64,000 bases of DNA. Origin: a virus. Location: the IMG/VR virus record IMGVR_UViG_3300023440_000002, positions 44,382 to 108,381 of that record; one strand, 5' to 3'. How positions within the stretch are numbered: position 1 is the stretch's first letter; the number at the start of each line of letters is the position of its first letter. The translations under genes were made by a program, and so were the position numbers. Positions 8,788-14,504 of the stretch are shown in pieces. The notes under the pieces were generated by a model, which saw only the letters and a program-made list of their open reading frames with translations, searched no databases and had not been told where the DNA came from.

Positions 8788-8962
8788 TAAGATCTTCCCA
8801 TATTGGGTCAGTTATTTGCAGGCGAACCTCCCAGTAAGTCTGGTCGCCAATCTGCCAGTAAACCTGCCGGCGAACCTGCTCGAGAACATGGCCGCGAATC
8901 TGATGGTAAATCTCCCAATCAACCTGCCAGTGAATCTTACTTGTAATATCTTTAGTTTTCAT
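8777..8962 (-). CDS. array repeat peptide
   Basis: ORF track. Confidence 0.75.
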   Translation of the reverse strand: MKTKDITSKIHWQVDWEIYHQIRGHVLEQVRRQVYWQIGDQTYWEVRLQITDPIWEDLNEN

Positions 8963-9125
8963 TTAGGTCTACCTTTATTGGAGAGGTTGTTTGCCAGCGA
9001 ACCTGCATATCAACCTGATCTAGAATCTGCCGCTGAATCTGCCAGCGAACCTGATAGTGAACCTGATCTCGAATTTGCCAGTAAATCTGCCAGTTAACCT
9101 CTTTTGTAATATCTTTAGTTTTCAT
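8952..9125 (-). CDS. array repeat peptide
   Basis: ORF track, start MKTK. Confidence 0.75.
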   Translation of the reverse strand: MKTKDITKEVNWQIYWQIRDQVHYQVRWQIQRQILDQVDMQVRWQTTSPIKVDLNEN

Positions 9126-9408
9126 CGAGGTCATCCTTTATTGGGTCGGATATTTGATTGTAAACCTGATTGTGAACCTGATCTAGAATCTGCCAGTAAG
9201 CCTGCCAGTAAGTCTGCCCGCTAGCCTGGCCTTTAATACGCTCGAGAATCTGGCCGTGAACCTCCCAGTGAACCTGATCGTAAATATGCCCGCTAGCCTG
9301 CTGGCCAACCTGATTGGTAATTTGATCGTCAACCTGCTCGTCAACCTGCCAGTAAATCTGTTGACTAATCTGATTATGTACCTTGTCGGCTATATCTTTA
9401 GTTTTCAT
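9115..9408 (-). CDS. array repeat peptide (97 aa, longest unit)
   Basis: ORF track. Confidence 0.8.
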   Translation of the reverse strand: MKTKDIADKVHNQISQQIYWQVDEQVDDQITNQVGQQASGHIYDQVHWEVHGQILERIKGQASGQTYWQAYWQILDQVHNQVYNQISDPIKDDLDEN

Positions 9409-9607
9409 TTAGGTCATCCTTTATTGGGTTAGCTACTTGCTGGTGAACCTGCTCGTGAACCCGCCAGTAAACCTCCTCGTAAGTCTCCTCGTAAACCTCC
9501 CAATAAACACAATCGTAAAGATGCTTGCTAACCTTATCGAGAATCTGATTGCGAACCTGCCAGTGAATCTCATCGTGAATCTTACCTGTAATACCATCAG
9601 CTTCCAT
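9398..9607 (-). CDS. array repeat peptide
   Basis: ORF track. Confidence 0.75.
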   Translation of the reverse strand: MEADGITGKIHDEIHWQVRNQILDKVSKHLYDCVYWEVYEETYEEVYWRVHEQVHQQVANPIKDDLNEN

Positions 9608-9770
9608 CTAAGTCTTCCTTTATTGGGATGGTTATTTGCCAGCGAATCTGATCGCGAACATGCCAGTTAACCTTCCAGCGAACCTGCTCGAGAATCTCCC
9701 AGTCAACCTGCTCGCTAACCTTCCAGCGAATCTGACTGTAAATCTTACTTGCTATATCTTCAATTTTCAT
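9597..9770 (-). CDS. array repeat peptide (57 aa)
   Basis: hand-translated, open frame. Confidence 0.7.
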   Translation of the reverse strand: MKIEDIASKIYSQIRWKVSEQVDWEILEQVRWKVNWHVRDQIRWQITIPIKEDLDGS

Positions 9771-9981
9771 TTAGGTCATCCTTTATTGGGTCGGATATTT
9801 GATTGTAAGCCTGCTCGTGAACATGCTGGCGAACCTGCCGGTTAACCTGCTCGTAAACCTCCCAGCTAACCTGGTCGCAAATCTGCTCGAAAACCTGGTC
9901 GCGAATCTCCCAGTGAATACCCCAATGAACCTGGTCGTAAACCTGCGAGCGAACATCTTTTGTAATATCTTTAGTTTTCAT
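9760..9981 (-). CDS. array repeat peptide
   Basis: ORF track, start MKTK. Confidence 0.75.
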   Translation of the reverse strand: MKTKDITKDVRSQVYDQVHWGIHWEIRDQVFEQICDQVSWEVYEQVNRQVRQHVHEQAYNQISDPIKDDLNEN

Positions 9982-10156
9982 CGAGGTCATCCTTTATTGG
10001 AGAGGTTGTTTGCCGGCGAACCTTACCGTGAATCAGCCAATTAACCTGTTCGCGAATCTGACTGTAAACCTGCCAGTGAACCTGCTCGTAAATCTGCCAG
10101 TGAGCGTGACTGACAATTCGATTGTGAATTTTGTCGGCTATATCTTTAGTTTTCAT
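9971..10156 (-). CDS. array repeat peptide
   Basis: ORF track, start MKTK. Confidence 0.75.
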   Translation of the reverse strand: MKTKDIADKIHNRIVSHAHWQIYEQVHWQVYSQIREQVNWLIHGKVRRQTTSPIKDDLDEN

Positions 10157-10331
10157 CGAGGTCATCCTTTATTGGGTTAGCTACTTGCTCGTGAACCTGA
10201 TTGTGAACCTGATCTAGAATCTGCTCGCTAATCTGCTTGCGAACCTCCCAGTAAGCCTCCCAGCGAATACCCCAATGAACCTGGTCGTAAACCTGCTTAT
10301 AAACCTTATTTGCGGCAATTTTAGCTTCCAT
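10146..10331 (-). CDS. array repeat peptide
   Basis: ORF track. Confidence 0.75.
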   Translation of the reverse strand: MEAKIAANKVYKQVYDQVHWGIRWEAYWEVRKQISEQILDQVHNQVHEQVANPIKDDLDEN

Positions 10332-10494
10332 TTAGTTCATCCCTTATTGGGTTGGCTATTTGATTTCGAATTTGCCTATGAATCTGCTTGCGAACCTCCC
10401 AGTAAACCTCCCAGCGAACCTGCAAGTTAATCTGCTTGACAATATGCAGGTAAACCTCCCAGCTAATCTCTTTTGTAATATCATTAGTTTCCAT
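10321..10494 (-). CDS. array repeat peptide (57 aa)
   Basis: hand-translated, open frame. Confidence 0.7.
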   Translation of the reverse strand: METNDITKEISWEVYLHIVKQINLQVRWEVYWEVRKQIHRQIRNQIANPIRDELNGS

Positions 10495-10657
10495 CTAGAT
10501 CTTCCTTTATTGGGTTAAGTATTTGATCACGAATCTGCCAGTTAACCCTCGAGTAAGCCCTCCAATAAACCAAATAATCAACCTGCTCGCGAACTTGCCA
10601 GTAAATCTTCCGGTAAACCTGCTGGCGAATCTCATTAGTAATATCTTCAATTTCCAT
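10484..10657 (-). CDS. array repeat peptide (57 aa)
   Basis: hand-translated, open frame. Confidence 0.7.
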   Translation of the reverse strand: MEIEDITNEIRQQVYRKIYWQVREQVDYLVYWRAYSRVNWQIRDQILNPIKEDLDGN

Positions 10658-10832
10658 TTAGGTCTTCCCATATTGGATCAACTCCTTGCTCACGAACTTG
10701 AGCGTAAATCTGCCAGTAAATCTGCCAGCGAACCTTCCGGTTAACTTTCTCGTGAATATGATTGATAGTCTGCCGGCGAATCTGCTGGCGAACCTGGTCG
10801 TGAATCTCTTTTGTAATATCTTCAGTTTCCAT
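10647..10832 (-). CDS. array repeat peptide
   Basis: ORF track. Confidence 0.75.
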   Translation of the reverse strand: METEDITKEIHDQVRQQIRRQTINHIHEKVNRKVRWQIYWQIYAQVREQGVDPIWEDLNGN

Positions 10833-11007
10833 TTAGGTCATTCCTTATTGGGTCGATTATCTGTACGTGAACCTGCCAGCGAACATGCAAGCGAACATGC
10901 TCGAGAATCTTCCAGTAGGGGTTCCGGCCAACCTGATCAACGACCTGCTCTCGAACCTGGTCGTAAACCTGCTTATAAACCTTATTTGCGGCAACTTTAG
11001 CTTTCAT
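10822..11007 (-). CDS. array repeat peptide
   Basis: ORF track. Confidence 0.75.
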   Translation of the reverse strand: MKAKVAANKVYKQVYDQVREQVVDQVGRNPYWKILEHVRLHVRWQVHVQIIDPIRNDLNGN

Positions 11008-11179
11008 TTAGATCTTCCTTTATTGGGATAACTATTTGCCCGCGAATTTGATCGTTAATCTGCTCGTTAATCTGTTCGCGAACCTGCCCTCGAACCTGCC
11101 AATAAGTCTGCCAGTCAACCTTCCAACTAATCTCGCTACACACCTTATCGGTTATACCTGTAATAACTTTAGCTTTCAT
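10997..11179 (-). CDS. array repeat peptide with embedded sigma-28 motif
   Basis: ORF track; TAAAGTTA-N11-ACCGATAA at 11145-11171. Confidence 0.75.
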   Translation of the reverse strand: MKAKVITGITDKVCSEISWKVDWQTYWQVRGQVREQINEQINDQIRGQIVIPIKEDLNES

Positions 11180-11191
11180 TTAGATCTTCCT

Positions 11192-11734
11192 TTATTCGCT
11201 CAAATACACAGCACCATCAACAAAACCCGGAGCTATCTTGTCCAGGTACTCTCTATTCATATAGGTTTGGTTCTTGATTAGTTCTTTATAATTCGGAGGG
11301 TTAAATATCTTATTGATCTCTTTATGAATAAAAACATTATCTTTAATTGTCTTTTTAGAATCTTCCATTGTTACAATACATCGAGACGGACAATAATAAT
11401 ACAAGTTATGCATCATCATTGTTGCTTTTGGCGTTAAGTGCCTGGTATCACACAAGGTTGAAATATAAAAGGCCATACTTAGGGCTTTCTTAATCAGGCA
11501 ATGAACTTTAAACCCTCTCTTTTTAATGTCCTGAATTGAAGCCCCTAGCTGAAAAAAAGGCGTAACCGGCCCTCCAGGACTGTCAATTGTTAAATAAACA
11601 TCCCGATGGGTCAACCTAATATAAACTGCCAACGCAGATGCCGACATAGAATCGGTAAGCTTTAGTTTAGATACTTCACTAGCTGAAACCTGACTAGGCA
11701 ACAGGATCATTAAAATTAAAAGTAAGTATTTCAT
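11192..11734 (-). CDS. ClpP-like (S14) serine peptidase with signal peptide
   Basis: IDSPGG, catalytic Ser in ALSMA, His in MMMH; hydrophobic leader MKYLLLILMILLPSQVSA; RBS AAGGAA. Confidence 0.75.
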   Translation of the reverse strand: MKYLLLILMILLPSQVSASEVSKLKLTDSMSASALAVYIRLTHRDVYLTIDSPGGPVTPFFQLGASIQDIKKRGFKVHCLIKKALSMAFYISTLCDTRHLTPKATMMMHNLYYYCPSRCIVTMEDSKKTIKDNVFIHKEINKIFNPPNYKELIKNQTYMNREYLDKIAPGFVDGAVYLSE

Positions 11735-11748
11735 ATTGTTCCTTTCTG

Positions 11749-11811
11749 TTAGGGTTTAATCTCTATTCCATTAACCTTATCGGCTATATCTGCAATATCT
11801 TTAGTTTCCAT
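11749..11811 (-). pseudogene. truncated promoter-type unit upstream of ClpP-like gene
   Basis: METKDIADIADKVNGIEIKP*; TAAAGATA-N11-GCCGATAA at 11777-11803. Confidence 0.65.
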
Positions 11812-11974
11812 TTAGATCTACCTTTATTGGTTCAGTTATTTGCTGGTCAACCTGGTCGCAAACCTGCCAGTGAATATGCCAGTCAACCTGCCAGCGAATC
11901 TCCCAGTGAGCCTGGTCATTAATCTGACGGTCAACCTCCTGACGAATCTTTTTTGTAATATCTTTAGTTTCCAT
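11801..11974 (-). CDS. array repeat peptide (57 aa)
   Basis: hand-translated, open frame. Confidence 0.7.
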   Translation of the reverse strand: METKDITKKIRQEVDRQINDQAHWEIRWQVDWHIHWQVCDQVDQQITEPIKVDLNGN

Positions 11975-12161
11975 TTAGGTCTTCCTTTATTGGGAGGGTT
12001 ATTCGGTCGTCAATCTTTAAGTGGATCTCCCAGAGAACCTCCCGGCGAATCTTCCGACTAATCTGCTCATCAACCTGCTCATCAACCTGCTTATAAGTTT
12101 GGTTGTCAATCTGCAAGCGAACCTGCTCGATAACCTCATTAGTGATATCTTTAGTTTTCAT
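11964..12161 (-). CDS. array repeat peptide
   Basis: ORF track; near-copy of 12477..12662. Confidence 0.75.
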   Translation of the reverse strand: MKTKDITNEVIEQVRLQIDNQTYKQVDEQVDEQISRKIRREVLWEIHLKIDDRITLPIKEDLNGN

Positions 12162-12324
12162 CTAGGTTTTCCTTTATTGGGTTAGCTACTTGCTCGTGAA
12201 CCTGCTCGTCAACATTCCAGTAAATCTCCCGGCTCACCCCCCTGTCAACCTGCCGGTTAATCTGCCAATAAACCTGATCGCTAATCTCCCGACGAATTTT
12301 ATTACCAGTATCTTCAGCTTTCAT
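12151..12324 (-). CDS. array repeat peptide (57 aa)
   Basis: hand-translated, open frame. Confidence 0.7.
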   Translation of the reverse strand: MKAEDTGNKIRREISDQVYWQINRQVDRGVSREIYWNVDEQVHEQVANPIKENLDEN

Positions 12325-12487
12325 CTAGATCATCCTTTATTGGGTTAGCTACTTGCTCGTGAACCCGCCAGTAAACCTGCCTGTGAACCTTCCAGCGAAC
12401 CTGCCCTCTAGCCTGCCAATTAATCTGTTTGTGAACCTTCCAGCGAACCTGCTCGTCAAACTCTTTTGTAATATCTTTAGCTTCCAT
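12314..12487 (-). CDS. array repeat peptide (57 aa)
   Basis: hand-translated, open frame. Confidence 0.7.
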   Translation of the reverse strand: MEAKDITKEFDEQVRWKVHKQINWQARGQVRWKVHRQVYWRVHEQVANPIKDDLDES

Positions 12488-12662
12488 CTAGGTCTTCCTT
12501 TATTGGGAGGGTTATTTGCTCGTCAATCTTTAAGTGGATCTCCCAGAGAACCTCCCGGCGAATCTTCCGACTAACCTGCCAACAAACCTGCTCATCAACC
12601 TGCTTATAAGTTTGGTTGTCAATCTGCAAGCGAACTTTATTACCAATATCTTTAGCTTCCAT
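12477..12662 (-). CDS. array repeat peptide
   Basis: ORF track. Confidence 0.75.
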   Translation of the reverse strand: MEAKDIGNKVRLQIDNQTYKQVDEQVCWQVSRKIRREVLWEIHLKIDEQITLPIKEDLDGS

Positions 12663-12837
12663 CTAGGTCTTCCTTTATTGGGTCGAATACTTGATTGTAA
12701 ACCTGGTCGTGAACCTGTCGGCGAACCTGTCGGTGAACCTGCCATCCAACCTGCCGGAGAACCTGACAGTTAGCCTGCCAGCTAACCTGCCAGCTAACCT
12801 GCCAGCTAACCTTTTTTATAATACCTTTAGTTTCCAT
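12652..12837 (-). CDS. array repeat peptide
   Basis: ORF track. Confidence 0.75.
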   Translation of the reverse strand: METKGIIKKVSWQVSWQVSWQANCQVLRQVGWQVHRQVRRQVHDQVYNQVFDPIKEDLDGS

Positions 12838-13024
12838 CTAGGTCTTCCTTTATTGGATTAGTTATTTGCTCGAAAACCTGGTCGCAAACCTGCCCGCGAA
12901 TCTGCCAGTAAATCTCCCAGTAAAACTGATCATCAATCTGCCAGTGAACCTGGCCGCGAATCTGCCAGTAAACCTGGTCGTCAACCTCCCGACGAATCTT
13001 TTTTATAATACCTTTAGTTTCCAT
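12827..13024 (-). CDS. array repeat peptide
   Basis: ORF track. Confidence 0.75.
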   Translation of the reverse strand: METKGIIKKIRREVDDQVYWQIRGQVHWQIDDQFYWEIYWQIRGQVCDQVFEQITNPIKEDLDGN

Positions 13025-13187
13025 CTAGGTCTTCCCTTATTGGATTGGTTATTTGACCGAAAACCTGCAAGAGAGCATGCAAGCGAACATGCAAGCGAAC
13101 CTTCCAATAAATCTGCCAGTCATCCTGCCAGTTAACCTGCTCGAGAATCTGGTCGCGAATCTCTTTTATAGTATCACTAGCTTCCAT
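13014..13187 (-). CDS. array repeat peptide (57 aa)
   Basis: MEASDTIKEIRDQI...NPIREDLDGN. Confidence 0.7.
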   Translation of the reverse strand: MEASDTIKEIRDQILEQVNWQDDWQIYWKVRLHVRLHALLQVFGQITNPIREDLDGN

Positions 13188-13386
13188 CTAGGTTTTCCTT
13201 TATTGGGTCGGTTATTTGCTCGAAAACCTGGTCGTAAACCTGTCGGCGAATATGCCGGCGAACCTGCCATTCAATCTGCCCTCGAACCTGCCATCCAACC
13301 TGCCGGAGAACCTGACAGTTAGCCTGCCAGCTAACCTGCCCGCGAACCTGTTCGATAACCTCTTTTGCAATATCTTTAGCTTCCAT
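13177..13386 (-). CDS. array repeat peptide
   Basis: ORF track. Confidence 0.75.
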   Translation of the reverse strand: MEAKDIAKEVIEQVRGQVSWQANCQVLRQVGWQVRGQIEWQVRRHIRRQVYDQVFEQITDPIKENLDGS

Positions 13387-13564
13387 TTAGGTCTACCATT
13401 ATTGGGTTAGTTATTTGTGTGCGGATTTTACTGTAAGTACTCCAGCTGACCTGCATGTTAACTTCTTTTCGAGCGTTCCAATCAAAAACACTGCAAGCGG
13501 GTAGATTAGACAGATTAGCAATCTCATCAGTAATACCCAACCGTAAATCAATTATGTCTGTCAT
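13376..13564 (-). CDS. divergent array family member
   Basis: C-terminus QITNPIMVDLNGS matches family cap; N-half diverged. Confidence 0.65.
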   Translation of the reverse strand: MTDIIDLRLGITDEIANLSNLPACSVFDWNARKEVNMQVSWSTYSKIRTQITNPIMVDLNGS

Positions 13565-13739
13565 CGAGATCTCCCTTTATTGAAGCCATCACCTGCAAGC
13601 GGACCTCCAAGTGAATTGCAAAAGTGGTTTGTTGGTAAATGTAACTCCGAACATTAAACCTAAAGAGATCTGGGGAGTTACGTGTGCATTGACTTAGAAG
13701 GTCGATGGCTATCTTATGTTGAATATCAAGGACTTTCAT
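13548..13739 (-). CDS. divergent array family member
   Basis: C-terminus EVRLQVMASIKGDLDD resembles family cap. Confidence 0.6.
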   Translation of the reverse strand: MKVLDIQHKIAIDLLSQCTRNSPDLFRFNVRSYIYQQTTFAIHLEVRLQVMASIKGDLDDRHN

Positions 13740-13948
13740 TTCATACCCTCTAGAAACTCAACTATATCTTCAATATCCAAGTATGAGTTGTAATGGTTAA
13801 GCACTTCCACGTCATTATGGTCCTTATCTATCAACATAAATTTCGTTGATAGGCCGTGAGTGTCGCCTTCCAAATTAACCCCTAAGTACATGTCATATTT
13901 AGCATATAATGCCCTTAGTTCTTCGCAAAACCCTTTAACCTTATTCAC
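13736..13948 (-). CDS. hypothetical protein
   Basis: ORF track; coupled to neighbours. Confidence 0.6.
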   Translation of the reverse strand: MNKVKGFCEELRALYAKYDMYLGVNLEGDTHGLSTKFMLIDKDHNDVEVLNHYNSYLDIEDIVEFLEGMK

Positions 13949-14225
13949 TACTAGCTCCTTTAACCATCTCTATGATTAAATCATATATTCCTTTACTTTT
14001 AAAGTATTTAATTTCGAAAGACATTAACCCGCCAATAGACCGTATTTGATGCACAGCTTCCGACACCTCACAGCAATCCTCATAAAGGGTTGATTCATCT
14101 TCTTCGTACATCTGCCTCTGCAAGAATTCTTTCGTTATGCAGCTGCTGGTGGACATATCAACGTCCATATGGGCGTAAGACTGGATAATGATATCCTTTA
14201 TTAGTTCGTTTCGTTTTGCTGTCAA
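13941..14225 (-). CDS. hypothetical protein
   Basis: RBS AAGGAG; first gene after promoter at 14277. Confidence 0.65.
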   Translation of the reverse strand: MTAKRNELIKDIIIQSYAHMDVDMSTSSCITKEFLQRQMYEEDESTLYEDCCEVSEAVHQIRSIGGLMSFEIKYFKSKGIYDLIIEMVKGASSE

Positions 14226-14276
14226 AACTGTGCTCCTTCATTGCGGGTGATTACGCGGGTTCGCCGCCTAAAGGGT

Positions 14277-14303
14277 TTATCGGTTGACTTGCGAAAAACT
14301 TTA
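14277..14303 (-). promoter_or_regulatory. sigma-28-type promoter heading array B operon
   Basis: TAAAGTTT-N11-ACCGATAA. Confidence 0.8.
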
Positions 14304-14359
14304 GCCTAATATTAACATAGAAGAAAGTGAGTTGTTTTGCTAATTTAAAGGCCATATAT

Positions 14360-14476
14360 ATGTGTAAAGACGAAGAGTTAGAAGAACTCAAAAAAGATAT
14401 AGCTGAAAACAGCCGCCAGTTAGACTCTGATGTCGAAAGAGTTATCTACGAAAACCTGTCAGAGGTTTTCGCCTAA
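14360..14476 (+). CDS. small hypothetical protein (38 aa)
   Basis: MCKDEELEELKKDIAENSRQLDSDVERVIYENLSEVFA, AAAGG upstream. Confidence 0.4.
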   Translation: MCKDEELEELKKDIAENSRQLDSDVERVIYENLSEVFA

Positions 14477-14504
14477 TCGATTCCCGCCGTAAGAGAGGTT
14501 AAAG

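Larger units (their letters stand above)
5991..11191 (-). repeat. Array B (distal part): 30 tandem coupled mini-genes of the same family
   Basis: Minus-strand starts 11179,11007,10832,10657,10494,10331,10156,9981,9770,9607,9408,9125,8962,8787,8612,8500,8325,8213,8002,7851,7700,7525,7341,7193,7018,6891,6707,6520,6357,6170; same junction and 12-bp microrepeat as array A. Confidence 0.95.
11749..13739 (-). repeat. Array B (proximal part): 12 units including 2 divergent leaders and 1 truncated promoter unit
   Basis: starts 13739,13564,13386,13187,13024,12837,12662,12487,12324,12161,11974,11811. Confidence 0.9.

Noticed and set aside
1006-13410. Antisense NLPVNLLANL and alternative-frame RFAGRF ORFs in the ORF track
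   Set aside because: Shadows of the 12-bp microrepeat. They lack consistent RBS/start and coupling, whereas the Q-V frame has SD, start and overlapping stop in every unit.
845-13739. Arrays as a CRISPR array
   Set aside because: Inter-repeat segments are over 60 bp, homologous to each other and in-frame coding. Repeats are degenerate and not palindromic. No cas genes are in the window.
845-13739. Complete diversity-generating retroelement or integron
   Set aside because: No reverse transcriptase, template repeat, integrase or attC-like palindromes seen in this window. Only the NNC bias is kept, as a speculative note.
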